Shown: positions 19,428 through 30,661, counted from the first letter of the whole stretch. The stretch is 63,962 bases of DNA, filler included, from an uncultured Synergistales bacterium (GCA_937897575.1; 6 parts of 6 records of this genome joined end to end with filler, not necessarily neighbours in it); one strand, 5' to 3'. Notes: a model not told the origin generated them from the sequence alone. Translations and numbers: made by a program.

Positions 19428-22223
19428 ATGGACAGGGATTATAAAAACACATTGAACCTTCCCGAGACGGATTTCCCCATGAGGGCGAACCTCACCAAGA
19501 GAGAACCGGGCTTTCTCGCCTTCTGGGAAGAACGGGAGATCCAGAAAAAAATGCTGAAGCAGCGGGAAGGCAACCCTTCGTTCGTGCTCCATGACGGCCC
19601 CCCCTACGCCAACGGACACATTCACATCGGGACGGCGTTCAACAAGATCCTGAAGGACTTTATCCCCAAGTACAAGGCCATGAAGGGCTTTTACGCCCCC
19701 TACGTCCCCGGATGGGACACCCACGGGCTCCCCATAGAGCTGCAGGTCATCAAAGGGCTCGGCGTCTCGAAGGACTCTGTGGACCCCGTCCTGCTGAGAG
19801 AGAAGTGCACGGAGCACGCCCTGAAGTTCAGGGATATCCAGCGCGAGGAGTTCATCCGGCTCGGAGTCCTCGGCGACTGGGAGAACCCCTATATGACCCT
19901 GGCACCGGAGTACGAAGCGGCTGAGCTCGGCGCTCTCGCCACCTTCGTGTCGAAGGGGCTTGTCTATAAGGGACAGAAGCCTGTGTTCTGGTGCATCGAC
20001 TGCCAGACGGCTCTCGCCGCCGCCGAGATCGAGTACTGGGATGCCGATTCGCCCTCTATCTTCGTCGCGTACTCAATCCCCGATGCGGAGCGCATCCACC
20101 CCTCTCTCGGCGGGAAGGACGTCAACATCATCGTGTGGACGACCACGCCCTGGACTCTGCCCGCCAGCTTGGCCGTCGCCGTCGGCCCCGATCACGACTA
20201 CACGTTCTATCGATCGGGAGACAGGGTATACCTCTTCGCGAAGGACCTTAAAGAGAGCGTCTCTCACGAGACTGGGCTCTCCTTCGAGGAGGAGCTGCTC
20301 ACCCTCAAGGGGCAGGACCTTGAAGGCGTGAAGGCCCGGCACCCCTTCTACCCGGAACGGGAGATTCTGATTCTTCTGGCGGACTACGTCCTGCTCGATA
20401 CCGGCACGGGGTGCGTGCATACCGCGCCGGGACACGGCGTCGAGGACTACGAGTCCGGCGTCAAGTACGGCCTTGAGATCTACAACCCCGTGGACGACAA
20501 GGGGCACTTCAAGCAGGGGACGGGGCTCGTCGACGGATTGCCGCTCAAGGACGCTGAGAAAAAGATACTTCAGACGCTCACGGAGAACGGCCGGCTCCTC
20601 GGCCAGGGGACGATCTCCCACTCCTATCCCCACTGCTGGCGGTGCAAGAAGCCGGTGATCTTCCGATCCACGGACCAGTGGTTCATCGCCGTCTCGGCCT
20701 TCAAGGACGCGACGCTCGCGGCCATAGAAAAGGATGTGCGCTGGATCCCGGAATGGGGCATGGAGAGAATCTACAACATGGTCCGGGACCGTTCCGACTG
20801 GTGCATCAGCCGCCAGCGGGTCTGGGGCGTTCCCATCCCGGCGTTCTACTGCAACGACTGCGGCGAGGTCATCCTCACCGAGGAGAACATCCGGGCCGTG
20901 CAGGCCGTCGTGAAGGAGGAGGGGAGCTCCGCATGGTGGAGCAAATCCCCGGCCGAGCTCCTTGGAGATCTATGCCGGTGTCCCCACTGTGGAGGAGAGG
21001 ATCTCGAGAAGGAGACGGACATCCTGGACGTCTGGTTCGACTCCGGCTCGAGCCACGAGGCGGTCCTTCGTCTCCGTCCCGATCTGAAGTGGCCGGCCGA
21101 CATGTACCTCGAGGGCAGCGACCAGCACCGCGGCTGGTTTCAGACATCTCTTCTGAACTCCGTTGGGGTCAACGGCAGACCGCCCTACGAACAGGTCCTG
21201 ACCCATGGCTTCATCGTCGACGGAGAGGGCAGGAAGATGTCCAAGTCCGTTGGAAACGTGGTGAGCTCCCAGGAGATCATCGACAAGTACGGCGCCGACA
21301 TCCTTCGCCTCTGGGTCGCGTCCACGGACTATCAGAACGACGTTCGGATCTCCGACGGCATCATCAAGAACCTCGGGGAGTCCTACCGAAGGATCCGGAA
21401 CACGGCCCGATACCTCCTGTCCAACCTGAAGGGCTTCGATCCGAACACCCACTCGGTCTCCTATGACGCCATGGAGGACATGGACCGGTGGGCGCTGCGG
21501 CAGCTGAACGACCTGATCGGGAAGACGAACGAGGCCTATGAGGACTATCAGTTCCACATCCCCACGTTCGCCATCCATCAGTTCTGCGTGAACGAGCTGA
21601 GCGCCTTCTACCTCGACTCGAGCAAGGACAGAATGTACGCGGACGGGGCCGACTCCGTGACGCGCCGAAGCGGGCAAACGGCCATGTGGGCGATTCTTTC
21701 GACGCTCACGAGGATGCTCGCGCCGATCCTGAGCTTCACCGCCGAGGAGATCTGGCAGGAGATGCGGCACATCGACCCGTCCCTTCAGGAGAGCGTATTC
21801 CTCTCCGACTGGCCGGAGCCGGTCGCCCTGCTCGACAAACGGGATCGCGACGACAAATGGGAGGGCGCCCACGCAGTCCGCTCGGCCGTCAGCCGGGCCC
21901 TCGAGGTGGCGCGAACGGCCGGGATCATAGGGCACTCCCTCGACGCACGGGTGGAGGTGGAGCGCACGGGAGTGGAGGATACGGCCCGGCTCTTCTCCGA
22001 CGAGGACATGAAGACCTTCGCCATTGTCTCGTCCTTCGCCTGGGTGGATGCCCTCGGCGACACAAAGATCCGGCAGACGGACGAAGAGCTGGGCATCCGC
22101 GTGGGCGTCGACCACGCCAGAGGAGAGAAGTGCCCCCGATGCTGGCAGTACACCGAGGCGCCCGACGAGCGGGGTCTGTGCCCCCGATGCTCGGCCGTGC
22201 TTCGGGATCGGGAGGAGCGATAG
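19428..22223 (+). CDS. ileS: isoleucine--tRNA ligase
   Basis: HDGPPYANGHIHIG, WTTTPWT, WCISRQR, GSDQHRGWF, KMSKS, C-terminal CPRCW...CPRC. Confidence 0.98.
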   Translation: MDRDYKNTLNLPETDFPMRANLTKREPGFLAFWEEREIQKKMLKQREGNPSFVLHDGPPYANGHIHIGTAFNKILKDFIPKYKAMKGFYAPYVPGWDTHGLPIELQVIKGLGVSKDSVDPVLLREKCTEHALKFRDIQREEFIRLGVLGDWENPYMTLAPEYEAAELGALATFVSKGLVYKGQKPVFWCIDCQTALAAAEIEYWDADSPSIFVAYSIPDAERIHPSLGGKDVNIIVWTTTPWTLPASLAVAVGPDHDYTFYRSGDRVYLFAKDLKESVSHETGLSFEEELLTLKGQDLEGVKARHPFYPEREILILLADYVLLDTGTGCVHTAPGHGVEDYESGVKYGLEIYNPVDDKGHFKQGTGLVDGLPLKDAEKKILQTLTENGRLLGQGTISHSYPHCWRCKKPVIFRSTDQWFIAVSAFKDATLAAIEKDVRWIPEWGMERIYNMVRDRSDWCISRQRVWGVPIPAFYCNDCGEVILTEENIRAVQAVVKEEGSSAWWSKSPAELLGDLCRCPHCGGEDLEKETDILDVWFDSGSSHEAVLRLRPDLKWPADMYLEGSDQHRGWFQTSLLNSVGVNGRPPYEQVLTHGFIVDGEGRKMSKSVGNVVSSQEIIDKYGADILRLWVASTDYQNDVRISDGIIKNLGESYRRIRNTARYLLSNLKGFDPNTHSVSYDAMEDMDRWALRQLNDLIGKTNEAYEDYQFHIPTFAIHQFCVNELSAFYLDSSKDRMYADGADSVTRRSGQTAMWAILSTLTRMLAPILSFTAEEIWQEMRHIDPSLQESVFLSDWPEPVALLDKRDRDDKWEGAHAVRSAVSRALEVARTAGIIGHSLDARVEVERTGVEDTARLFSDEDMKTFAIVSSFAWVDALGDTKIRQTDEELGIRVGVDHARGEKCPRCWQYTEAPDERGLCPRCSAVLRDREER

Positions 22224-22229
22224 AGGTCC

Positions 22230-23222
22230 ATGACGGAACGGAACACCCCCGAGGAGGATGTGTCCTTCGGGGGTGAGGAGGAGCAAGGCGGCGCATCCAC
22301 TGATGTCCTGACGGTGACGGACAGAGATCAGGGGGTGCGCCTTGATGTTTTTGTGGCCACCAGTCTCGGCATCACCCGATCCTACGCCCGGAAGCTTATC
22401 GATGGCGGCCAAGTACGCCTTGAATCGGGCGCGCCCGCAAGGGCCGGGCGCCCTGTTCCATGCGGGACGGTCGTCACGGTCCACCTTCCCCCTCCCGAAG
22501 CCCTCGACCTGGAACCCGAGGACGTCCCCTTCACCGTGCTGTACGAAGACCCCTGGGTCATCGTCGTGGACAAACCCGCAGGCGTGGTGGTCCACCCGGC
22601 CCCCGGCAACTGGCACGGGACGCTCGTCCACGGCCTTTTATACCGCTTCAGGGAGTTCAGCGCCTTCAACGGAACGACCCGTCCCGGGATCGTACACCGG
22701 CTGGACGGGCCGACATCGGGGCTCCTCGTCGTCGCCCGGACACCGGAGGCTCTGCAGAATCTGCAGGACCAGTTCCGCCGTCGGGAGGTGGAGAAGCGAT
22801 ACCTCGCCCTTGTCCAGGGCAGACCGTCGCCCGCCGTGGGCGTCGTCGACCTCCCTATCGGCAGAAGTCCGACGAACAGGGTCCGCATGGCCGTCTCGGC
22901 TCATGGGCGGGACGCGTGGACCGAATACCGCACCCTGTGGGCTCTGCCAAAGTTCTCCTTCCTGGAGTGCCGCATCGCCACGGGGAGGACCCATCAGATC
23001 CGGGTGCACCTCGCCCACCTGGGGCACCCCATCGTGGGGGACGCCCTCTACGGCGCGGACAAGCGTCAGGCTGCTGAGCTCGGCAGACTCTTCCTCCACT
23101 CATGGAGGCTTTCCTTCGCTCACCCCGAGACCGACAAACCTATGAGCTTCACGTCCGCCCTTCCAGGACCTTTGATCGAGCTACTTCGGGATATTCTCTC
23201 CAGAGCCCGGGCGGGACGATGA
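22230..23222 (+). CDS. RluA-family pseudouridine synthase (RluD-like)
   Basis: S4-like N-terminus RLDVF, KPAGVVVHP, HRLD, TGRTHQIRVH, GDALYG. Confidence 0.95.
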   Translation: MTERNTPEEDVSFGGEEEQGGASTDVLTVTDRDQGVRLDVFVATSLGITRSYARKLIDGGQVRLESGAPARAGRPVPCGTVVTVHLPPPEALDLEPEDVPFTVLYEDPWVIVVDKPAGVVVHPAPGNWHGTLVHGLLYRFREFSAFNGTTRPGIVHRLDGPTSGLLVVARTPEALQNLQDQFRRREVEKRYLALVQGRPSPAVGVVDLPIGRSPTNRVRMAVSAHGRDAWTEYRTLWALPKFSFLECRIATGRTHQIRVHLAHLGHPIVGDALYGADKRQAAELGRLFLHSWRLSFAHPETDKPMSFTSALPGPLIELLRDILSRARAGR

Positions 23223-24346
23223 CCGTTCGGGGATTCCTGTAGGTGACGTGGGCTATGGCGCTCCCCGGGATCGACCGGACGTTCTTCCGCTCCGTGTAGT
23301 CCACCTGGACCTTCGACGCCTCTCTCGCCCTGCTGAACCAGGCGGCCAGCGAAGCAGCCACGTGAATCGTCTCCTCGTCCGCCGCTCCGTCGATCTCCTT
23401 CACCACGACGTGGGCCCCCGGCATATCGTGCACATGGAACCAGAGGTCGCCCTGGGACGCTATGCGGAAGGTGACGTGCCGATTGCCCCTGGCGTTCACC
23501 CCGACGTAGATGGCGCACCCACCATGGTGGAGGAGAAGATAGGGCGGTACATCCTCCCTCTTCTTTTTCCCCCCCGATCCCTTCTCCTTTTTCTTCGGAG
23601 ACACCCACTCCATGAGGTCCTGAGCCGAGGCCGCCAGGACCTCCGGATCGTCCGCCATCCGGTCCAGGTCCTCCAGCTGCTCCCGCAGCTCGGCAATGCC
23701 CTCTTCCACGGAACGGATTCTGCTCTCGACCGCTTCAACGTCCACCTTGCCCTTCCTGTACTTTTTGAAGTACCGGTCGGCATTTTGCTGGGGCGTTCTC
23801 CGATCGTCCAGAGGGATGACGATCTTCTCTCCAGTCCCCCAATCGGTGAGGGTCACCTCCCTGCTCCGTTGCGGTACGGCGTGCAGAGAGGCGAGGAGCA
23901 GATTCCCCATCTTCAGGTACTGTCCGCCCATCTCGGCGAGTTGAATCTGATTTCGAAGGCCCTCCAACAACCGCTCCCGGCCGGCGATCTCCTTGCCGAT
24001 GGCCTTCTTCGCACCGGCAAGAACCTTTCCCGACTGCGCCGTCGCCATATCGGCCATCAGAGCCCTGCCGCAGGCTCTCCCCACGTCTCCGTCCAGAGGG
24101 ACGGCTCCCGGGAGCAGGTCGGGGAAGACGGTGAGATAGGCACCGGCCCGTTGGAGCCGAAGTTCCTCCAGCGCCCCACCGCCGAGCACTGTCCTGATGG
24201 CCGTCTCCCAGGATGACGGAGATCGGGATGCCCACTCTTTCTCCACCAGGCTGGCAAGCCCCCGGCCTATTCCGATGAGACCTCTGAGGTCCGCGGCAGT
24301 CCGATGCCGTCGTCCCGGATAGACAGATGGAACCCGTCTTCCCCCC
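23149..24346 (-). CDS. NFACT-family protein (RqcH/FbpA-like), 5'-truncated
   Basis: NADRYFKKYRK, VGVNARGN, DLWFHVHDMPGAHVV, VDYT. Confidence 0.9.
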
Positions 24347-24446
24347 NNNNNNNNNNNNNNNNNNNNNNNNNNNNNNNNNNNNNNNNNNNNTTAATTAATT
24401 AANNNNNNNNNNNNNNNNNNNNNNNNNNNNNNNNNNNNNNNNNNNN
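24347..24446. other. artificial contig linker
   Basis: 44N-TTAATTAATTAA-44N. Confidence 0.99.
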
Positions 24447-24481
24447 CTACACTCTTTCCCTACACGACGCTCTTCCGATCT
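24447..24481 (+). other. Illumina TruSeq adapter contamination
   Basis: CTACACTCTTTCCCTACACGACGCTCTTCCGATCT; reads RSEERRVGKEC on the minus strand. Confidence 0.98.
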
Positions 24482-24916
24482 GGTGTAGTTTTTTTTCGCG
24501 GCCTTTCCGGCCAAGGCCATGCCGAGAGCGCTGGCGAAACCGTTTCCAAGGGATCCGGTTGTCATGTCCACTCCGAGTGTCTTGTTCATATCAGGATGCC
24601 CTTGGAGGTGGGAACCGGTCTTCCGAAGGGACTTCAGGTCATCTTTGGGGAAATATCCCCGTTCCGCCAATGCTGCGTAAAGAGCGGGGCAGGCATGCCC
24701 CTTGGACAGGACGAAGCGGTCCCTATCCTGCCAATGAGGATTATCCGGGTCAATCTTCATGACATGGAAATACAAGGCGGTGATTATCTCTACAGAGGAG
24801 AGAGCTCCACCAGGATGTCCCATTGCGGCATGGTAGATCATGTCGACGATGTCCTCTCGGATCGACCGGGCAATCTCCTTGAGCCTCGCTACATCCGATT
24901 CATTGTACGAAACCAT
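24482..24916 (-). CDS. transketolase N-terminal (TPP-binding) subunit, 3'-truncated
   Basis: GHPGGALS, DRDRFVLSKGHA, LQGHP, TGSLG. Confidence 0.92.
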
Positions 24917-24973
24917 TTTGTCCGATGCCTCCAAAGTATGAGTCTGTCGAGAACGAAGTTCATGATGTATCCC

Positions 24974-26149
24974 CTACGGCAGAAGGCTTTTGAACAGACC
25001 TTGGACCTCGTCGTAGGTAAGGGCAATGGGATTCGCCTTCATGGCGGCGTCGTTCATCGCATTTCGTGTTATGGTGTCCAGTTTTTCTTGAAAGATCTTT
25101 TCGTCGATTCCAAGGTCAGCGATGGTCCGAGGGAAGTCTAACGTGTCGAGCAGACCATTCCAGAGTGAAAGCAGTCCTTCCAGAGCCTCTTCGTCTGTCT
25201 CGGCATGTACGCCGAGATAGCGGGCGATCTCGGCATAGTCCGCCAATCGTACCTTTGCATTGCATCGGATGACGGCGTCTACCATGATGGCGACTGAGGT
25301 TCCATGAGCGATGGTGCGTAACGACGAAAGCTGTTTCCCCGAACCATGGGCCGCGCCGGACGCCCTGTTGGCAAGAGCAAGCCCTCCCATGGTCGCCGCG
25401 AGTTGCAGTTCAGCACGATATGCTTTGTTCTGCGGAGACTCGAGAACCTTTGGCAGGTATGTTAGCACTTTTTTCATGCTTTCAAGGGCAAATTTGTCTC
25501 CGAAATCATTTTTCGGTTTGTTGCAGACGAAGGCCTCCAGGCTGTGAACGAATGCGTCCAGCCCCGTGCTGATCGTCACCGACTCAGGCATGGACAGTGT
25601 AAACTGGGGATCCAGGATGACGTAGTCCGGAATCATCTGATAGTCGGTGATCCCCTTCTTCACCATTGGTGATTGCGGATTGTCACTGGGGACATAGAGG
25701 ACGCTGATCGGCGTAACCTCCGACCCCGTCCCGCTCGTCGTCGGGATGGCGACAAATTTCGATTTTCTCCGCAACGGAGGGAGGTTGAAGCGGTTCATCA
25801 ACGCTGCATCCGATATTTCTGGATGCTCATAGTAGACCTCCATGACCTTGGCGGCATCTAGGACAGAGCCGCCACCTACGGCCACGATGAGATCAGGCTG
25901 ATGTTCCTGTAATTTTTTTGCACTCTCCTTGACGAAGGCCAAGGTTGGTTCGGTCCCTTCACCGTAGTAGAGCCAGAAGTCCGTCTTTTTTTCCTTCCAG
26001 ATTTCCTCTATTCGAGAGATGACCTTCGGGTTGTATTGGTGAAAGATTTCATCCACGAACAGGACGACTCTCCGAACATCCAGCGTCGTAAGAAACTCAA
26101 GAGATCCCTCGCCAAAGACGATTTTTCGGGGAAAATTGGACTGAAACAT
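24974..26149 (-). CDS. iron-containing alcohol dehydrogenase
   Basis: GGGSVLDAAK, PTTSGTGSEVT, GLDAFVHSLE, AAHG...IAHG. Confidence 0.92.
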   Translation of the reverse strand: MFQSNFPRKIVFGEGSLEFLTTLDVRRVVLFVDEIFHQYNPKVISRIEEIWKEKKTDFWLYYGEGTEPTLAFVKESAKKLQEHQPDLIVAVGGGSVLDAAKVMEVYYEHPEISDAALMNRFNLPPLRRKSKFVAIPTTSGTGSEVTPISVLYVPSDNPQSPMVKKGITDYQMIPDYVILDPQFTLSMPESVTISTGLDAFVHSLEAFVCNKPKNDFGDKFALESMKKVLTYLPKVLESPQNKAYRAELQLAATMGGLALANRASGAAHGSGKQLSSLRTIAHGTSVAIMVDAVIRCNAKVRLADYAEIARYLGVHAETDEEALEGLLSLWNGLLDTLDFPRTIADLGIDEKIFQEKLDTITRNAMNDAAMKANPIALTYDEVQGLFKSLLP

Positions 26150-26181
26150 AGTGTTCCTCCCTCATCCGATACTAGTGAAAT

Positions 26182-28080
26182 TTACGCCGGCAGAGGCGTA
26201 TTGGTCTTTCTGTGCCGATAGAGCTGTGAGACGATTCCGAGCAGGAAACACCCTATCCCGATAATGTCCGTCATGAATCCCGGGTCGACGAGTGCCAAGC
26301 CTCCGACGACAAATAAAATCCGTTCCAGCACATTCGTTCGGGTTTTGAAGAACCCCATCCCTCCAATGGATATTGAGAATATTCCAACAAGGGATGTGAT
26401 CGAGACTCTTACGATTTCCTGCCAGGTACCTACCAGAAGCAGCGCAGGGGAGAAGAGGAACATGAAGGGAACGACGTAGGCACCAACGCTGAGTCGTATA
26501 GCGACCCAGGCTGTCTTCAGCCAATTCGCTTCTGCAAGGGCAGCTCCAATATAGACTGTCCCGCAGACGGGCGGTGTTATTCCCGCGAAGATGGAGTAGT
26601 AGAAAATCAGGAAGTGTGCAGCGATGGGCGCCACTCCGATTTTAATAAGAGCTGGAGCCATGACGGCCGAAGCGACGAGGTAGGCCGCAACGGTAGGCAG
26701 TCCCATGCCCAGGATCATCGTGCCAGCCATGGCGCAGAGGCCAGAGAGGACGATGTTGTTTCGACCGAGAGCGACGATTATGTTGGTGAATTTGATACCG
26801 ACCCCCGTCAAACCGATCATAGAGAGGATGATCTGGGCGCAGGCGATGAGAGCGACGACGGAGAGCATATCCTTGCTGGCGTCGGCCAGGCCGTTCAGCA
26901 GTATGACCACCCTTGACCTGAACTCTTTGGGCGCGGAGATGAGGAACAAAATGACGGCAACCGCAAGAGCTCTGAGTGCGCAGGATACGGGCGTGTAGCC
27001 AAGAGCGAAGTAATAAATGAGAACAAAGATGGGGGCGAAGATCGGCATGGAGTTCTTATAGTACAGGATATCCTTGATATGGGGGATTTCCTCTCTCGGA
27101 ACGCCTCGATAACCGATTTTTTTTGCCTCGAAATGGATGGAGACGAGGACGCCGAAGTAGAAGAGGAGGGAGGGAATAATGGCGGCCAAAGCGAGTTTGT
27201 TGTAGGACATGCCTAAGGTTTCGGCCATTATGAAGGCTGCGGCTCCCATAATGGGCGGCATAATCTGCCCACCGGAGGAGGCGGATGATTCAACACCGCC
27301 GGCAAACTCTGAGGCGTACCCCAAGCGCTTCATCAAAGGGATGGTGAAGACACCCGTCGTTGCAACATTGGCCGCAGCGCTCCCGGAGATCATGCCGAAA
27401 AGACCGCTTGCGACAGTCGCCAGTTTCGCTGCACCGCCGTATGTTGGACCGGCCACCCAGCATGCCAGATCCATGAAGGCCTTTCCTCCGCCAGTGGAGA
27501 AGAGAATACCTCCAAAGATCATGAAGACGGCGATCATAGATGCTGAAATTCCAGTGACCAATCCCCACAAGCCGCGGTCGGAAAAGAAAAGGATCTCCGC
27601 AATGTATTGTGACCCCACCCCATTATGTTTCCATATACCGGGGAAGTAGGGTCCGAAGAAGGCATACGTAATGAAGAGGAGCGCCAGAATGGGGATGGCC
27701 CAGCCCATGACCCTTTTGGTCACTAACAGCACGACAGCGGTGAACAGGAAGGAAATGACCACGTCGAGGTTCGTTATCTCGTACAAGGGGTCCATTATCC
27801 TGTTGTAGCTTGATATCAAATAAACGATAGAGAAAAGAATAAAGGAAATCATGCCGATGTCTATTACGGCTAACAGAGAGCCGTTTTTTTGTTCGGCGCG
27901 TTGCCTTTTCTCCATGGCTAAAAGCAAGAACAGGATCAGAGCGCCACCTACGTGGAGAGAACGCTGGATCAAACTCTGAAACATACCGAATATGCCTGTA
28001 TAGATATGGAACCCCGCGTACAGGACCCCGAAGCATTGAATCAGAAAATGCAGTTTGGATGAAGTTGTCTTATCGGTCAT
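26182..28080 (-). CDS. TRAP transporter fused permease (TAXI-associated)
   Basis: ISGSAAANVATTG, GGQIMPPIMG, GMGLPT, ITPPV. Confidence 0.92.
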   Translation of the reverse strand: MTDKTTSSKLHFLIQCFGVLYAGFHIYTGIFGMFQSLIQRSLHVGGALILFLLLAMEKRQRAEQKNGSLLAVIDIGMISFILFSIVYLISSYNRIMDPLYEITNLDVVISFLFTAVVLLVTKRVMGWAIPILALLFITYAFFGPYFPGIWKHNGVGSQYIAEILFFSDRGLWGLVTGISASMIAVFMIFGGILFSTGGGKAFMDLACWVAGPTYGGAAKLATVASGLFGMISGSAAANVATTGVFTIPLMKRLGYASEFAGGVESSASSGGQIMPPIMGAAAFIMAETLGMSYNKLALAAIIPSLLFYFGVLVSIHFEAKKIGYRGVPREEIPHIKDILYYKNSMPIFAPIFVLIYYFALGYTPVSCALRALAVAVILFLISAPKEFRSRVVILLNGLADASKDMLSVVALIACAQIILSMIGLTGVGIKFTNIIVALGRNNIVLSGLCAMAGTMILGMGLPTVAAYLVASAVMAPALIKIGVAPIAAHFLIFYYSIFAGITPPVCGTVYIGAALAEANWLKTAWVAIRLSVGAYVVPFMFLFSPALLLVGTWQEIVRVSITSLVGIFSISIGGMGFFKTRTNVLERILFVVGGLALVDPGFMTDIIGIGCFLLGIVSQLYRHRKTNTPLPA

Positions 28081-28204
28081 GGCGGTCTCTCCTCAATCTG
28101 GATATGTCTTGTGGTGAAGTCTGCAATAAGGGGAGTTTCCTCGTTTGTTGGAACTGGTGGGGGAGAGGTACGAACCCCTCCCCCTGCCGATATAGAGAAT
28201 AGTG

Positions 28205-29197
28205 CTACTGTGCTTTATACTCCGGGGGATACTGGTCGGGGCGAGGCTCGATGCCGATTTCCTTGAGGTACTTGATAACGCCTGGGTGCAGCCAGCACGA
28301 GGAGTTTGCCGTCATGGCAAGAATATCGTGCCCGCGGGTCCCGGCATAGGTCACACCTATCTGGTCCCTGTTCTCGTACAGCGTCTTGAAGATCTTGTAG
28401 ACTACATCCTCGGGGAGGCTGGCCGACACGCTCATGCCGAAATACTCACCCGGCGCGACCACATCTTCTTCTTGTTCGTACACGGATGCCTTTACCGTGA
28501 AGAAGTTATAGATAGGCAGTATCTCTTTAAATTTTTTCTGTTCCTCTTCATTAAAACCAATGATACGAACTTTCCGGGAGGTCGCCACGTCTTGGATAGC
28601 CGAGTCGGCTGCTGTTATGGAGCAGGACTTGGCGAATCCGACGATTCGCCGGTCTTTCATGGCCTCCACAGCGTCACCGGTACTCGCAGGCATATAATCT
28701 GGCTTGATTCCAAAAGCAGCAAGAGCCTTATAGTACAGAATTTCCGTCATGCTGCCTTTCAGACCGGGGCTGAACTTCTTCCCGTCCAGATCCGAAAGGG
28801 CCTTGACACCGCTCTCTTCCGTCACAGCGACAATATATGCCAGAGGGTTAGCAACGATGAGCATCCGCGGTTCCTTCATCAGTTTTCCCTCGTAGACGGC
28901 CGTTCCGGTCTGAGCCATGTGAATGTTGCCGTCCGATGCCTGACCGAATTGGAAGTCACCACGCTCCATCCCTTTGAAATTGTCGCCTGTTCCACCCGTT
29001 TCGACGACCGTCACATGAATGTCATCAAGTGTTTTGTTAATGATGTCCGCCATTGCGACATTCATCGGGTAGAAGCCTGATGAAGCGCTTGTGGATCCCC
29101 ACATGAGGTTCTTGGTCTCTACGGCGAGAGCCCCCGATACCGCTACGCATATCAACAGAAGCGCGATCACGAACACCATACTAAATTTCCTTTTCAT
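28205..29197 (-). CDS. TAXI-family TRAP solute-binding protein
   Basis: Signal peptide, SGFY, ETGGTGDN, LHPGVIKYLKE. Confidence 0.9.
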   Translation of the reverse strand: MKRKFSMVFVIALLLICVAVSGALAVETKNLMWGSTSASSGFYPMNVAMADIINKTLDDIHVTVVETGGTGDNFKGMERGDFQFGQASDGNIHMAQTGTAVYEGKLMKEPRMLIVANPLAYIVAVTEESGVKALSDLDGKKFSPGLKGSMTEILYYKALAAFGIKPDYMPASTGDAVEAMKDRRIVGFAKSCSITAADSAIQDVATSRKVRIIGFNEEEQKKFKEILPIYNFFTVKASVYEQEEDVVAPGEYFGMSVSASLPEDVVYKIFKTLYENRDQIGVTYAGTRGHDILAMTANSSCWLHPGVIKYLKEIGIEPRPDQYPPEYKAQ

Positions 29198-29245
29198 ACC
29201 TGCACCCCTCTCTTTTGTCTGTTTTGTACCATCTGTATTGCAAAC

Positions 29246-30661
29246 CTACTGATCCATCTCGGGAACGTAGAAGTCGCCGAAAAGTTCCTCGGGAGAGGGC
29301 ATATCAACTGCTATGGGACGGGACACCCACGTCGTATTCAGATAGTGTTTCAGGCAGATGTTTTCGGATACGATATTTCCGCCCCACGTACCGCATCCAA
29401 GGCTGGATGTCATCGGCATTCCGTTGTTCGCCGCTCCGGCGTTGGCCTTCGACTGGGGTTGGCGGACCATAATACGACTTACTGGTGCCATCATGGCCAG
29501 CCGGTGAATATGATCGTCGTTGAAGGAGTAGATCCCGCAAGAGTGCCCTTTGCCACCTACTTCGTAAATCTGGCGCACCATATCGAGGGCGTTTTCAAAT
29601 CGGCCTTCGTACTTGTGCACTGCAAGAAGGGTGGTCAGTTTTTCGCTTGAGAAGAAGTGCTCCTTTCCTATGCCGTCGCCCAGAACGAAGATAAACTTTC
29701 TATCGGCAGGAATAGCAAAACCCGCGGCCTCGGCAAGTTTCTGCGGGGCGATGGCGACAGTTTCCGGAAGCCGATGACCCTCTTCATCCCACATGACCTT
29801 CTTCAGTTTCTCTCGTTCTTCCGTCGAGGCGAAGTAGCCTCCTTCGGTCTGAAGTTGCGCCAAAACAGCATCATATATTTTATCGGATACAACGATATTG
29901 CCATCGGCAGAACAGCCGGAACCGTAGTCGGAGGTCTTGCTGAGCATCGTGTTGTGGCATGCCTCCGCAACATCAGCTGTCTCGTCGTACACCATAGTGG
30001 AATTGCCCGCACCGGAGCCGTAGGCAGGGGTTCCGGAGCTATAGGCCGACTTGACCATGGGACGACCACCGGTAGCGATGACGAGATCCGAACGGGCCAT
30101 AAGGGCTTGGGTCATGGGAATGGACGGTTGGGTGATGCACTGGAGGATATCCTCAGGCGCCCCTTCTTTTTTGAGGGCTTCTCGCATGATCCGGATGCTC
30201 TCGAAGGTCGTCTTCTTGGAGCGAGGGTGAGGGGAGAAAATGATGACGTCCCTGGCCTTGATACCGTAGACCGCCTGTCCACCGGGAGTAAGGTCAGGGT
30301 TCGTGGTTGGGACAAGGCTTGCGATGAGTCCTACCGGTTTGGCGTATTTCGCGATGCCCTTCTCGGGAAGGTCTTCGATCACGCCGACACTTTTCTGACG
30401 CAAAGCGTCCCGAAGGATACCTCGTATCTTGAACCGCTTCCCCTGACGCGAAACAGGGTCTCCGAGGCCGCTCTCCTCAATTCCCATATCCACCAGTTTA
30501 AGGAAGGTTTTCTTGTTGGATATGGCCCATGCGACTGCCTGACAGAGCCGGTCTACCCTCGCCTGGTCATAGGTCTCGATGATCTTCTGAGCTACCCGAG
30601 CCTTTGCGATAAGTTCGTCAAGCTCCCGCGACTGTTCCGGTGTTAACTCTTTCGATGCCAC
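29246..30661 (-). CDS. CoA-acylating aldehyde dehydrogenase (SauS/SucD-like)
   Basis: KPVG...PTTNP, ATGG, GAGN, catalytic SGCSAD, SEKL, GCGTWGGN; start placed at GTG 30661 after SD AGGGGG. Confidence 0.88.
   Translation of the reverse strand: MASKELTPEQSRELDELIAKARVAQKIIETYDQARVDRLCQAVAWAISNKKTFLKLVDMGIEESGLGDPVSRQGKRFKIRGILRDALRQKSVGVIEDLPEKGIAKYAKPVGLIASLVPTTNPDLTPGGQAVYGIKARDVIIFSPHPRSKKTTFESIRIMREALKKEGAPEDILQCITQPSIPMTQALMARSDLVIATGGRPMVKSAYSSGTPAYGSGAGNSTMVYDETADVAEACHNTMLSKTSDYGSGCSADGNIVVSDKIYDAVLAQLQTEGGYFASTEEREKLKKVMWDEEGHRLPETVAIAPQKLAEAAGFAIPADRKFIFVLGDGIGKEHFFSSEKLTTLLAVHKYEGRFENALDMVRQIYEVGGKGHSCGIYSFNDDHIHRLAMMAPVSRIMVRQPQSKANAGAANNGMPMTSSLGCGTWGGNIVSENICLKHYLNTTWVSRPIAVDMPSPEELFGDFYVPEMDQ

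Noticed and set aside
22223..22230. No lspA between ileS and the RluA gene
   Set aside because: Ordinary gene-order variation; no remnant visible
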